DNA of 64,000 nucleotides from the IMG/VR virus record IMGVR_UViG_3300028558_000001, positions 96,001-160,000 of that record. One strand, 5' to 3'. The DNA comes from a virus. The notes under the pieces were generated by a model. It did not search any database and was not told the origin of the DNA. It saw only the letters and a list, made by a program, of their open reading frames with translations. Each line of letters begins with the position of its first letter. Positions within the stretch are counted from its first letter, which is position 1. Both the position numbers and the translations under genes were made by a program. Below are positions 18,729 through 30,469 of the stretch, in pieces.

Positions 18729-19115
18729 TTATATTTTTCTTAATATGTCTATAATGCCAACGTCCATAGGGACGGCGGCGGTTTCTATATGTACGCCCTT
18801 AATATTATAAACATATTCTGGTAAAATATTTAGAGTTAAGAGAAACGGTTTAATTAACTCTAAATATTTTTCCATTTTTAAAAATATAATTCTACACAAC
18901 GCCTCTGGACCGAAAACATTATTTAGGATAATAAGGTGATTTAGAACTAGACGTTCATCTATTAAACCACTTGTCTTATACTTAGTTAGTGTTTTCTTTA
19001 TGTATTTAATGCGTTTTAAATCATCAAGAAATTCTTCTGTTGAATGACAATGAATATTATCATATTTGTTTGCACAGTATAGAATGAAGTTATCGTCATT
19101 CAATTCAGGTATCAT
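18729..19115 (-). CDS. conserved T4-like hypothetical protein
   Basis: LNDDNF..Y...EF.DDLKRIKYIK...RLVLNHLIILNNVFG. Confidence 0.75.
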   Translation of the reverse strand: MIPELNDDNFILYCANKYDNIHCHSTEEFLDDLKRIKYIKKTLTKYKTSGLIDERLVLNHLIILNNVFGPEALCRIIFLKMEKYLELIKPFLLTLNILPEYVYNIKGVHIETAAVPMDVGIIDILRKI

Positions 19116-19119
19116 TTAC

Positions 19120-19407
19120 TTAAAATGCTCCTAGAGCTACTCTCTTTAATACATTGTTGGCTACTGCCACATAGAGATAATTTAAATCCATAAAAATAGA
19201 CCCCTGTGAAACAGTGATTGAACTGTTCGCAGGGGTATTAGCAACATTAATTGAATTAGCAGTAGTATAGATATTACTAATTGATATTGTTTCTAACGCA
19301 GGGTTAGAAGGGTTAGCGAGTGAGACTAGAACTAGTCTGTCACTCGTCCCTGCTGTGTTAGCAATTGGTAATTGTGAAAATTTTATAGTATTAGTATTCG
19401 CGCTCAT
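19120..19407 (-). CDS. putative virion structural protein
   Basis: IKFSQLP...DLNYLYVAVANNVLKRVAL fibre-type motif. Confidence 0.55.
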   Translation of the reverse strand: MSANTNTIKFSQLPIANTAGTSDRLVLVSLANPSNPALETISISNIYTTANSINVANTPANSSITVSQGSIFMDLNYLYVAVANNVLKRVALGAF

Positions 19408-19420
19408 GCTACTTTATTCC

Positions 19421-19969
19421 TTATGGAACGTTAGCTGTAGCTTGAATTGTTCCTGCTGCAACTAGTGTTTCATACTGTTTACGTCCTGCGCGACCACCAA
19501 ATGTTAGTGAAAATGCTGCTAGAGTACCGTTTGCTGTACCGCCTGTTGAGTTGGCTACAACTGCTGTTTCAGTACCAAGGAATCCAGAAGATGAACTTGT
19601 TAGTGTAACAGTATTAATAGTACCATTTGCATAGGTAGTAATAGCGCCTAGGGCAGGAGCATTGTTTGTATCATATGATACAACCTTAGCAATGTCTAGA
19701 TTTGAATAACCAGAACCACCATTAGTTACAGTAAACTTAGTGACTGGACCAGTGCCAGTACGGACTAGAACCCAACCATCATGGGACATTTTAAATCCAT
19801 TATTATTTGCTGTAGTTGAATTTGCTGGAAATACACCTACAACTTGGTTCTGTGTAAATGCATCTAGATTTGTATTAGAATACAAAGTATTACCACGCGC
19901 TTTGCTCGTAGCTAGAATGTGATACTTAGGTGCTGAGTTAGCGTTTGCTGTGTTTCCCCAAAGAGACAT
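19421..19969 (-). CDS. putative virion structural protein (MSLWG...HxGW...ETLVA family)
   Basis: motifs plus GGSGY repeat; N/T/A-rich. Confidence 0.65.
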   Translation of the reverse strand: MSLWGNTANANSAPKYHILATSKARGNTLYSNTNLDAFTQNQVVGVFPANSTTANNNGFKMSHDGWVLVRTGTGPVTKFTVTNGGSGYSNLDIAKVVSYDTNNAPALGAITTYANGTINTVTLTSSSSGFLGTETAVVANSTGGTANGTLAAFSLTFGGRAGRKQYETLVAAGTIQATANVP

Positions 19970-20319
19970 TATTGATTTCCTTCTGTGTTGTTGATTATTT
20001 TGTCGAAATGAGCAATTTCTGAATCAGAAAAAGTCACATCAATATTTTCACGTACAGAAGATTTCTTCTTTGGCTTTACGGACTTTTCTTTCTTTTCTTT
20101 GTCCTGTAAATTATCATCGTCTTTTTCTTCATTTCCGTCCCCATCGACACCATTAATTTTTGGGTCGGTTTCGACTTCTGTTTTTTCCGTTGGCTTCGTC
20201 TTAACGTCGCCTTCGTCTTTTTCTTCTTTATCAGTATCTTTAGCTTCTACTATCTTAGCGATAGTATTTAGAAAATCTTTTGATACCAATTCTCTAATAT
20301 CTGTAATAAAAATAGACAT
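19969..20319 (-). CDS. charged hypothetical protein (possible prohead core-type)
   Basis: D/E/K-rich, late-promoter-like AATAAATA upstream. Confidence 0.5.
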   Translation of the reverse strand: MSIFITDIRELVSKDFLNTIAKIVEAKDTDKEEKDEGDVKTKPTEKTEVETDPKINGVDGDGNEEKDDDNLQDKEKKEKSVKPKKKSSVRENIDVTFSDSEIAHFDKIINNTEGNQ

Positions 20320-20381
20320 TTGTTTCCCTATATAATAAAAACTATATTTATTATATTTATTGGAATCAAATGCCTATTAAA

Positions 20382-20579
20382 TTAAATAGCAATCTGTTTG
20401 AGGATTTTTCTTGCAGTACCGGGAGCTAGGTTTCCTTCATGTCTTGGGAGGGCGACAATTATACAAAACTCAGGATGAGAGTAGATTTCATGCGGGCCAC
20501 TGTTTCGTTTCAGGGACCATCCCTTTTTATAGAGAAGGGTTTTCATTTCTGATCGGGAGAATTGAATATTAGTTTTCAT
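20382..20579 (-). CDS. hicA: HicA-family toxin-like protein
   Basis: GWSLKRNSGPHEIYSHP...LPRH..NLAPGTARKILKQ. Confidence 0.8.
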   Translation of the reverse strand: MKTNIQFSRSEMKTLLYKKGWSLKRNSGPHEIYSHPEFCIIVALPRHEGNLAPGTARKILKQIAI

Positions 20580-21730
20580 ATCAATTCTCCGTGGAAGGTA
20601 AGCCTTCGACGGTAAAGAACTTTGGAATCCAACCTTCAAATGCCTTACCATCCTTTAGGTTAGAAAGAACTTTGTTTGCGGCAGAATATGTAGGGAAGTT
20701 ACCAAACATGATTTCAGAAGTCTTTTCATAGATAGCGAACTTGTTCTGATTAGTAGTTCTTAACTCATATACGTTTGTTAGGTTGTCCATCATTCGTCTT
20801 CCCCTGAACGAAAATAAGTATCGGATTCTTTAATCTTATTATAAAGATTTACGATTTCTGTTTGAGTAGAATCATGTATATCTGATAACCAATTAATAAG
20901 TTTATTTCTCTTCTCTACTAAAAGCTGTATTCTCTGATACTCTGCTTCCCTTCGTGTAGCAAAGGTATTAGCGAAAGGGATATAATAACGATTTTCTAAT
21001 TCATCGCCAACTAGGTATTCCTTAGCTTCATATTCTGTTCTAAGCACTTCGTATTTATATAAATCGTAAGTAACATCTGCTATAAACCATACTGTAGACA
21101 TGCTATTCTCCTAGTTTAAGTGGATTGTGGGTGGATCGTAGAGAAGTATTCCGGTTTCATTTTCGAACTTTTCTTTATTATCTTCTGGAAGATAGATTGA
21201 TGCTTGTACATACGACCTTTTAAAGTTTCTATTGAAACAATATAGATCGTTCAACCTTCCTCCATTTGTCATCAAAGAAAAACAGAATTCACCAAGAACT
21301 TTCTTTGATAACGATAATTTCTTACCGTCCTGACCAGCATCAGGAGTTACGTAATTCTTACCATTACAAATATGAATTTTTTCAAACATATTGTACTGTT
21401 CACGAAATAACTGAAAAATTCTGGTAATCTTATCAGAGGTAGCTTTCTTTTTATTAAGATAGTCTTTAACCATCATGGTAATATCCATATCATTCAAGTC
21501 TGGTTCAAGAATATCGAATAACGCATCCCACATATTAAAATATTCCTTAAATCTATTTACCAATGATGCACCACGTTTACTATTAGTATCAAATTAGTGA
21601 CAATGTATACCAATACAATTCCACTTCTTATTAAAGCAACTTTATCGGATTCTGAATGGGAATGAGGCAAAGCCTTGTCTCCAAGGGCTTTGCTCCAATA
21701 ATACCATATATTATCAATCATACGTTATTC

Positions 21731-23161
21731 CTATGAGAAATTATCAAATAGACTTTTGTTGAATTTACCTTTCTTCCTAGAACGGTCATTATCCTGTTCT
21801 CCAAAGAAAGTAGAATCCATAACAGGTCTATCGTCCTGAATTACTCCATCCCCATCAACGAGCAAGTTCTGGGCTGAGTCGTCTACATTGTAGAGACGCA
21901 TCTTAGACTTGTCAACTCCGACTACGAACTTATTATGTAGATCAAGAGAACCAAATCTATTTTTCAATTGCTTGAATACTAATTGTCCGAGTTTTCTAAG
22001 TTCTTCATTCTCGATAATGCCAAGCATGAAGTCTACCGTAAATGGAAGACCAGCAGATTCGGAAGTATCGGCAAGTGTAGGATCGGAGGATGACATGCCC
22101 TGTCTATTATACTGAGTACCAGAAATAATAGGAACATTTGCTTCTACTGCAAGACCACGTAATTCTTCTGCAATAGCTTTAATGTAGGAATATGAGTTAA
22201 CCGTTCCGCCCATCTTAATTCTAGATGAACAACAAATATTGATATAGTCAATATAGATAACATCTGGAATGAACTTCTTTTTAATCTTTAGTTCGTTTAG
22301 AAGATAACGGAAATGGGAAGCCCCGGCTGATCCAGTTGGATATTCTTTGATAATAAGTTTGCCGGTTGTTTTCTTCTTAACTCTGGCGATCTTCTTGTTA
22401 TACATTTCCTCTGGAATAGTTCCCATTTCGTCAAGAGGAATGTCGAGAAGGTTCGCGTCAATACGTTCTGCAATTCTTTCTTCTGCCATTTCAAGTGTGA
22501 TGTATAGGACGTTCCTACCATCCATTAGATTTGTAGCGGCCATGTGACACATAGCGCCGGTTTTAAACACGCCAGTACCGCCTAGAAGTACTGAGAGGGA
22601 CTTGCGAGGCAATCCGCCCTTTGTGATCTTGTTTAGATAATCAATATCGAATGGAATACGTTCTTCGATCTTATGATAGAATTCATATCTCTGATTAAAA
22701 TCTTCTAAGAAGTCATGTCCGATATTGGTATCAAAAGAAACTGCTAGGGCGTCTTGGAGAATGCCGGGAATGGCATCCTTAGTTAATGTTGACTTCTCCT
22801 TTTCATTTAAAATTTTAATTGATGAATGAATAGCATTATAGATAGATTTGTCCTGACAGAATGTTTCTGTTTGATCAAATAGCCAGTCTGTTGACGTTTT
22901 CTCGTCAAGCGAGAAGTTGGCGATCTTATCTTTGATTTCTTCAAATTGATCATCTGAAATCTTACTTGAATTTGATAGGTCAATGGCTAGTGATTCCTGT
23001 GATGGGAATGAGCCGTACTTGTTAACGTATGTATCAATTAGTTCAAATAAAACTTTGTCTTGATAGTCTGAGAAGTATTCTGTTTTGAGGAAGGGGAAAA
23101 TCTTTCTAGAATATGTTTCATTTAGTATTAGATTAGAAAAAATGATATTCTCGAAACTCAA
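21731..23161 (-). CDS. 41: replicative helicase gp41
   Basis: GGTGVFKT, ITLEMAEERIAERIDAN, IIKEYPT, QLKNRFG. Confidence 0.97.
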   Translation of the reverse strand: MSFENIIFSNLILNETYSRKIFPFLKTEYFSDYQDKVLFELIDTYVNKYGSFPSQESLAIDLSNSSKISDDQFEEIKDKIANFSLDEKTSTDWLFDQTETFCQDKSIYNAIHSSIKILNEKEKSTLTKDAIPGILQDALAVSFDTNIGHDFLEDFNQRYEFYHKIEERIPFDIDYLNKITKGGLPRKSLSVLLGGTGVFKTGAMCHMAATNLMDGRNVLYITLEMAEERIAERIDANLLDIPLDEMGTIPEEMYNKKIARVKKKTTGKLIIKEYPTGSAGASHFRYLLNELKIKKKFIPDVIYIDYINICCSSRIKMGGTVNSYSYIKAIAEELRGLAVEANVPIISGTQYNRQGMSSSDPTLADTSESAGLPFTVDFMLGIIENEELRKLGQLVFKQLKNRFGSLDLHNKFVVGVDKSKMRLYNVDDSAQNLLVDGDGVIQDDRPVMDSTFFGEQDNDRSRKKGKFNKSLFDNFS

Positions 23162-23432
23162 TTATTATCCTTCGTATGGTTGTTGTGGGATTGACTTAAT
23201 TACCAGATTGATTGTTTTTACTTGATGTTCAATCGTAGAATTAATATAAGCTACCGCTTCTTCCTTTGAAGAAAACTGGTGATATGTGGCGTTGTTTGTC
23301 ACAACGCCACTATCTGGATGCTCGGAGATAATTCTAAAATTAGTCTTAAAGTCATATAGAACGTAGTCGAAAACAACGTACCACGTTAAGGCTAATTCAT
23401 TACTCATAATATATCACTCCTTCAAGTAATTG

Positions 23433-24536
23433 TCAATGCAACATTTGCTTTCCTGTAGACCAATCTGGATCGGAGTCAGTATCAATTTCGTAGTCGGTTG
23501 GTTCAGACTCATAAGTATCATTATGAGAATTAACTAACTTGAACTTGTCAGATACGAACTTCGTAAACTTTGGATTGGCTAGAATATCATCCCAAAACTC
23601 GGCTGTATTTGTCGCACTTTCGCGAAGACTTGGTTCTGAGACAACCCCATCTTCATCTACCTTGGCGTACCAACCAACTTTAGGTTTAACAACAATTCCG
23701 CAGTCAAGAGCTAGATCAAGTAGACCAGAATACTTCTGAATTCCCTTGTCATAAAGAACTTGGAATGGTAACTTGGAACGTTCCTTGACGAAACGGGACT
23801 TCTCTACATTGAGAGTAAAGTTCCAACCGACAATATCAGTTCCTACTTTTTCTTGTGCCTTAGAGATAATGAAAGCCTGATTGGCAGAATACATTAGTCC
23901 AGTACCACCAGAAATAATGGTTTTGCCATACATCTTCATTTCTTCATAAGTGTGACAGATAGCAATACAAGGAACGTCCTTGGCTACGAGAGAGGGTGTT
24001 ACCATACGGAACAGTCCCTTCATAACCTTTGCTCTTTGCATTTCTGCCTTGCTCTCACCATCTAGAGCATCTTCTAGTTCCTTAAGAGAAGCAGTATTGC
24101 CTACTGAGTCAATTAGGAAGATTACCTTATCTCCACGATTGATTTCCTTTAACTGCTTAACAATATCGTACTTAAGCATTTCAAGATGTTCAATCGGAAC
24201 GTGCATAACACGTTTCGGATCAATGCCCTGAGATTCTAGATATTTTGGAGTAATTCCACCTTCTGAGTCATAGAAGATACAGACAGCATCTTCATACTTG
24301 CTTAAATAAGCTCTGACACATACTAGTGAGATATTTGTTTTGAATGTCTTACTTGGACCGGCAATGAGGGTTAGACCAGAAGATAGTCCACCATCAACTT
24401 CACCTGAGAACGCAATATTAACGATTGGAATATCGGTAGCAATTACGTCTTTATCATTAAAAAATTCGGATTCATCTAAGACAGAAGCAAATTTTGTTGG
24501 AGAGTTTTTTAATAGCCTCTGCATAAGTTTATTCAT
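23433..24536 (-). CDS. uvsX: RecA-like recombinase UvsX
   Basis: AGPSKTFKT, YDSEGG, IDSVGN, EKSRFVKE. Confidence 0.95.
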   Translation of the reverse strand: MNKLMQRLLKNSPTKFASVLDESEFFNDKDVIATDIPIVNIAFSGEVDGGLSSGLTLIAGPSKTFKTNISLVCVRAYLSKYEDAVCIFYDSEGGITPKYLESQGIDPKRVMHVPIEHLEMLKYDIVKQLKEINRGDKVIFLIDSVGNTASLKELEDALDGESKAEMQRAKVMKGLFRMVTPSLVAKDVPCIAICHTYEEMKMYGKTIISGGTGLMYSANQAFIISKAQEKVGTDIVGWNFTLNVEKSRFVKERSKLPFQVLYDKGIQKYSGLLDLALDCGIVVKPKVGWYAKVDEDGVVSEPSLRESATNTAEFWDDILANPKFTKFVSDKFKLVNSHNDTYESEPTDYEIDTDSDPDWSTGKQMLH

Positions 24537-24600
24537 TTAGTTTCCTTTTGTTATGAGTTTATTGTAGTTAATGTCCGTTCTCACGCGGACATACTATTTA

Positions 24601-25035
24601 TCAAACATCATAACCAAAACTCATCTTTGTCCTTTCTTTTAATGGCATACCTAACCATGTAAATTCATCAGAATCGTTACCCTCTAGAATATCTAGAAAT
24701 CTAGCTGGCAACTTGACATTATCTAAGTCCATAGTTTCTTTGAATAGTGGAGCAATTTCTTCTGGAGTATAACCAGCAAGACCGCATCCAATTTCTGTAA
24801 CCATAAAAGTAAAGACTCCATGAATTTTGGCGTCTTTGATAAATTCGTTTACATAGACTTTGATCTTATCTAGGTCTAGTGTTTTTAGTTTTCTATCTTT
24901 AGTTGGAATTGCATAGGAATAGCCTTGAATTCCTACGCCCTGACCAATGATAGCGCCATGATTTTTATAGGCGAACAGAGCGGCACCCGCGCCATGTCTA
25001 CCAGCTTCGTTAGAACCGAATACGAAAATGTTCAT
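24601..25035 (-). CDS. phage protein of the IFVFGSN..G.HG.GAA family (macro-like)
   Basis: IFVFGSNEAGRHGAGAA, YAIPT, TEIGCGLAG. Confidence 0.75.
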   Translation of the reverse strand: MNIFVFGSNEAGRHGAGAALFAYKNHGAIIGQGVGIQGYSYAIPTKDRKLKTLDLDKIKVYVNEFIKDAKIHGVFTFMVTEIGCGLAGYTPEEIAPLFKETMDLDNVKLPARFLDILEGNDSDEFTWLGMPLKERTKMSFGYDV

Positions 25036-25382
25036 GATTAATCCGTTGTGGTTGGAGTTGCCAAAGGTACTGCTTGATAGTGATCAAATAAACTACTCAT
25101 ATCATATTCAATATATTGTACTCCATGAGTTTCTTGGGGGATTTCAACAGTATATTCAGAACTTAAATTCCTAGCTCCTTCCTGTACTGTAGTACGAACA
25201 TATTCAATTGGTGGGGAATATTCATACTGGAGAGTAGCGCCACCACAGGGATTCTGCCCTGTTGGAAAAGGTTCACTAGTTTCCGTTACTTCGTCTACCC
25301 AAGCTATATTATATTTCTTTATTGGTGGCTCTATTACAGAATATTCAACTAATGGGTGTTTAAACATAATATTCTCCTTTTG

Positions 25383-27893
25383 TTACCAACCTAGATCAAA
25401 TATGTCGTCTAAAGTAGCTGACTTATTTGGTTCCCATCCTACTGCTTTAAGAATAGTTGTGATTGGTGTTAGATAGTTCTTCTCAAACTGACGTTGATAA
25501 TCAATATATTGATCTAACCCTAATTCTTCTGGAAGCTCATCCACTACAGAAATAACTTCACTAAATGTAGGATTAGGCATTTTAAGATAAGTAATTCTGA
25601 TCTTATCTTCACTCTTAACCAAAGGTAGTTTTTTATCAAGTTTTTTCTTGACTAGAAAATCATTATAGACTAATGCCCCTTTGACATGATAAGGAGAACC
25701 TTTAAGATAGATGTTAGAAGAAGACTGATAACCTTTTAGATTATTAGCTGTGCCGGGAGTTGAAATATCTTTAAATGATTTGGTAAAGAAGTCTTTCTTT
25801 ACTTCCTCAATATATTTGACAACAGTATCCTCATCTGTTGTCATAATAAGTTTAATAGACTTCTTCAAATAATCTTTACAAATCATAGGTGTAGAAGACC
25901 TATTTGTTTCTAGTCCAACAGTTTTTAACTTAGGCTCGTCATAAGTAATTCCTTTGGAATTCATTACACTAAGAGCGTAGTGCTTCTTACCTGTCCAGAT
26001 TGCACGATCAGCAATATTCTCTCGCGCCATCCGAATCTTGTTTTTATAAGAATTCATGTAGACATGAAGTTCTTCAAAGGCGTCCTTAATGACCTTATCA
26101 AGATGGTTATTATAGAACTTCTCAAGGGCTTTGACAATCTCTTTTTTGTCAGTAATGCCAAGTTTTTTGACTAGAGCCTCAAGTGTAAAGTAGCAAGAAT
26201 CGGTATCTCCACCGACTAGATAATCTACGTCTACCGTCTTGAGAACTTTGTTTAGATACTTGTTGATCCTGTCTGCTACCCACCGTACTGCTAACTGACC
26301 AGAGAGCGTTACAGCTTCCGCCAGATCGACAGAATACCAACGACAATACTTGTTTGACAACATTCCATAGAAAGCGTTAATAGCGATCTTTAGTGCCATC
26401 TGCATAGCATCTAGGGAAGCCATCTTGTTCTTTGTCTCTAAGTCAATCTCTTTCCCGTTTGTTTCTTTCTCTAGTTTCTCTAACTGATCCTGATAGAAAG
26501 CTCTCTTATCGAAGAATGATTCCATGATTTCTGCCATAAATCCTTTGTTACCTTTAGAGAAGCAACAAAGATTTCCAGCAACAGACATATCATTAGCATC
26601 AATCTGACCGCGATGAACTTCTAGCGCACCATCAAGTAACTGATCAATAGTTAGTCTACCAATTTTTCCTAAGAATGATTCAGGAGAAATATTATAACTC
26701 ATAATCTGATGTGGATAACTTGATTTAATATCAACTGACAAAAGCCAGTGATACATTCCCGGTTCAGTTTCCTTAACGAAACCTCCTTCAAATGGGCGCA
26801 TGATTTCGGGCATGTCAAACTTGGGAATGACTTGATTCTTATCACCAAGAATATGATGAATACCAACATCCCAAGGCTTCACGGTTCCAAAAGCGTCTTT
26901 ATAATTACATTTATAAAGATAAGCTAGAGAGAATGCAACATTAAGAAATCCTAGCTTGGCGTCAAGCATATCGACTAGAACAACGTCATGAATATTATAA
27001 TCAATAAACAATTCAAAATTCTTTTCATATAGATCATTTAGATTTTTATAACCCAATGTTCTATAATCAATCTTGTTCTCGTTTAATTCAACTGATACGA
27101 TATAATCTAGAGAATATGATTCTTGGTTCTTAAATGAGAACTTCTTATATAGAGCCATATAATCTAGGACAGCTACACCAGCAATATCCCATACCTGATT
27201 TTCATCACCGAACTTGCCAGCTACCTCGTGTGACTCAAGAAGACCCCAAGGAGACATGCGCTTGGCAGCTTCTTCTGATAATACAAGACTGATACGATTG
27301 ATTAGAAATGGAATATCGTATGTTTCAATATTCCATCCGGTAACTACATCTGGATCAAGCATTTGCCAGATTTCAAGGAATTTATATAGTAATTCCTTTT
27401 CATCTTTACAAAGGTAGTAGAAGATATTATCTTCCTTTACTTTGTAATACTTTGTTCCAATGATATATGTCTTGCCATCTTTTCTTAATGTGATAGCCGT
27501 GATAGGTACTGGAGTGTTACGAACATCAATTGGACCATCAATCCAATTTTCAATATCCAATGAAACAACAGAAATAAGGGAACGGTCAAAATGAACCTCT
27601 CCCTTAAATTCATCATTAATATAAAGATATTCGAAATTTGTTAAACCAAAGTAATCAAAACCAGAAGTATCTTTATTTTCCCATAGATACTTTTTGGCAG
27701 AAGAAATAGAATCAAACTCTTTCTTATAGACGTGCTTTCCTTCTACGGTAGTATAACCAGTAGGCTTATTTGATGGAAGAAAGATATATGGTTCATAATT
27801 GAACTTCTCTTGAATTCTTTTACCATTCTGAATACCACGATATAAAATCTTACCCTTATGTACTCGACAGTTTGTATAAAATGTATTATTCAT
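25383..27893 (-). CDS. 43: family B DNA polymerase gp43
   Basis: SLDIE exo I, DIKSSYP, KIAINAFYG, GDTDS. Confidence 0.97.
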   Translation of the reverse strand: MNNTFYTNCRVHKGKILYRGIQNGKRIQEKFNYEPYIFLPSNKPTGYTTVEGKHVYKKEFDSISSAKKYLWENKDTSGFDYFGLTNFEYLYINDEFKGEVHFDRSLISVVSLDIENWIDGPIDVRNTPVPITAITLRKDGKTYIIGTKYYKVKEDNIFYYLCKDEKELLYKFLEIWQMLDPDVVTGWNIETYDIPFLINRISLVLSEEAAKRMSPWGLLESHEVAGKFGDENQVWDIAGVAVLDYMALYKKFSFKNQESYSLDYIVSVELNENKIDYRTLGYKNLNDLYEKNFELFIDYNIHDVVLVDMLDAKLGFLNVAFSLAYLYKCNYKDAFGTVKPWDVGIHHILGDKNQVIPKFDMPEIMRPFEGGFVKETEPGMYHWLLSVDIKSSYPHQIMSYNISPESFLGKIGRLTIDQLLDGALEVHRGQIDANDMSVAGNLCCFSKGNKGFMAEIMESFFDKRAFYQDQLEKLEKETNGKEIDLETKNKMASLDAMQMALKIAINAFYGMLSNKYCRWYSVDLAEAVTLSGQLAVRWVADRINKYLNKVLKTVDVDYLVGGDTDSCYFTLEALVKKLGITDKKEIVKALEKFYNNHLDKVIKDAFEELHVYMNSYKNKIRMARENIADRAIWTGKKHYALSVMNSKGITYDEPKLKTVGLETNRSSTPMICKDYLKKSIKLIMTTDEDTVVKYIEEVKKDFFTKSFKDISTPGTANNLKGYQSSSNIYLKGSPYHVKGALVYNDFLVKKKLDKKLPLVKSEDKIRITYLKMPNPTFSEVISVVDELPEELGLDQYIDYQRQFEKNYLTPITTILKAVGWEPNKSATLDDIFDLGW

Positions 27894-28170
27894 GATTTCC
27901 TTAGTGTAGTGTTACGGTTTTGTCAATATATTCTTGTGGCATAACGTATAGTGAACTTTCTACACTATCATAAAGATAGACTGGAGTCAACCCTGCATTT
28001 TCATAAATCAGTCCCTTGGCAAACGCTCGCCCGTAACCAGTGTCAAGACCAGCTTTATACATAGCCGTGATGATCGAATACGTTGGAATTACCTGTACAT
28101 CATCAAGGTTAAATTCTTTTGCCATTTTAGTTCCTTTCAATAAATAGTATTATATAACCAAGGAGTATTT

Positions 28171-28539
28171 ATGTTAGCGTTTTTATTAAGTCCACTAGGA
28201 AAAATTGCTATGTATGTTGTGGCAGGACTTACAGCAATTACCATTGTTTGGGGAGCCGTGGCCTACCACGATAGCCAAGTCAAACAAATGGCTACATACG
28301 AATATAACCAGAAGCAGCTTGAACAGACTGTTAAAGATCAGGCCGACCAGATCAGTAAGCTTCGACAAACAGATGTTGACCAGCAAGCAATTGTTGATGC
28401 TGTTTCCCAAAAGAACAATGATCTAAATCAAAAAACTGATGCTATTAATAATTACATTTCAAATCAACCAGCAGATAAGAATGCTGTTTCTCCAATTATT
28501 ATTGATACTCTAAACAAGTTAAAGGTATTACAACAATGA
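28171..28539 (+). CDS. i-spanin (Rz-like)
   Basis: N-terminal TM plus coiled coil; AATAAATA late promoter at 28139; overlaps lipoprotein gene. Confidence 0.7.
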   Translation: MLAFLLSPLGKIAMYVVAGLTAITIVWGAVAYHDSQVKQMATYEYNQKQLEQTVKDQADQISKLRQTDVDQQAIVDAVSQKNNDLNQKTDAINNYISNQPADKNAVSPIIIDTLNKLKVLQQ

Positions 28540-28811
28540 AGAAACTTTTTATTCTACCAATCCTTTTAATGCTAGGTGCATGTGATCCTACTGGTGGTCA
28601 AGTAATAAGAGCTAATAGCTATATTGTTATCTCACCGCCAGCAGAATTATATAACTGTCCTGTTGTGCGCGTTCCTGATACCAAAGGATTGACAAATCAA
28701 GATGTTGCTAGATTTATTCTACAACAATATAAGGCAAATGTCACATGCTATAATAGCTTAATGGCTATCAAGAAATACGCAGATCAGGTTAAGAAAATCT
28801 ATACAAATTAA
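28536..28811 (+). CDS. o-spanin (Rz1-like lipoprotein)
   Basis: lipobox LGAC, PPAELYNCP. Confidence 0.72.
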   Translation: MKKLFILPILLMLGACDPTGGQVIRANSYIVISPPAELYNCPVVRVPDTKGLTNQDVARFILQQYKANVTCYNSLMAIKKYADQVKKIYTN

Positions 28812-30469
28812 CCAGCCTCACTCAATGGTTCATATCGAATAATATAAAAAGAAGTCCCTACATAATAGCCGACTTCCCACATATTCAATTCAATATTATA
28901 ACGTTTTGTTAATTTCTGTTCCATTAGTCTACCCCTATTAATGGTTTTCCAACTAAAGTAAAATTCTTGTAGAGAGACGAAAGCCTCTCTACAAATCGTT
29001 TGGCGTCTATAAACGAATCAAATCTAATTCTCTTTTCGATTAGAAAGTTTCTATTGACAGCCGACTTAATGTTATATGAAACTGTTACTGACATTATCGG
29101 CTCCTTTTCTTTTTAAAACTAATCCACCAAATCATGAAGTTTAGCAGAAGTTAAAATAGATGTTAGGCATCTTGGTAGAATGGCTGGCTTGAAACGAGAA
29201 ATATCGAATCCTTGTGGGTCTCTTTTTCTATTAATTTCATCTACCACAACTATAAAACCAGAAATAGACCTTTCCCATATCTCAATTGACCTAACAGTAT
29301 AAAGACTTCCTTTTTTCAATCCATCTAAATCATCATCATATTTAATATGCTTTAATTGACATGATGTAGGATTATCATCAATACAAATGATAAAAGCTCC
29401 GGGTTGAGTCATTGCTGAAATCATTATTAAAGCCCTTTCTCTCCTAGCTCAGTTTTACAATACAAGTCTAGAGCAGTTAACACGTCTATATAGGATGAAT
29501 ATGGACCAATCTTATTTCCCCACGTTTCATCCCAAAAGTAGAAATCTTCTCCATCCTGCAAAACAACTTTATCTAAAAAGTCTTGCTCGTAATGTCGCAT
29601 CCAAAGCTTATTGGTAATATTTGACACCATACATACTCCTGAGCACGTCAATTGTAATATCCTGCTTGTAGTACGAATCTACGAACATTTTGATTTCATC
29701 ATCTAGGAAATCATAATGGTCATAGTTGGTCAGACCTTCCGTAAAATCTTCAAAGTCCTCTTCGCTCAGCATTTCCCTCATTATGTCTTTGTAAGTGTCC
29801 TGATAGCTTCTTCTGCCATTACGGAAATGGTCTAGATAAATTAATACGCACATTCTAATTCCAACTCCTTATTTCACCAAAATAACTGCGAATCAATCGC
29901 TTAGTTATTTGATATGCCACATTATGGACTAATTCAAGCAACCTGCGCCATCGAAATTACACAATTATCCACAGTGTCTTTTATGTCACTGTAAAATGGT
30001 TTAATACCAATTTGTGGAGGATTGCTTAAATTACGAGCATGTCAACGACTTGACCAGATGCATTAACAGCCCGTATCCTGCAACCGGGATGGGACCGGGA
30101 AGCCGATTGCATTGCCTGTAGGATTCGCTGAGAATTATTCAGGGTAGACGACGATGTTCGCCAAACTCCTGACTTATCTTGATATTGAATTTGAATCATA
30201 TTAGTCTCCTTTCTCAAATACCCAATATTCAGAACATAGGTCACAAAGATCAAAGAAGGGAAGACGACGAATCTCTTTACAGTCTGGTAGATCAAACCAA
30301 AGGGAATGAAGGCGCTGGTATAGAGAACGATGGTCTTGATAAACTAACTCTTCGTTAGCAGCATTATCATCAAAATTAATATCAAAGCTTTTTGCATAGC
30401 CCTTTAGATGCGGCAAAATCGCCCTAGCGGCGATCCACCAATCTTCTTTGTTCTTTATGTCCATTTTCC

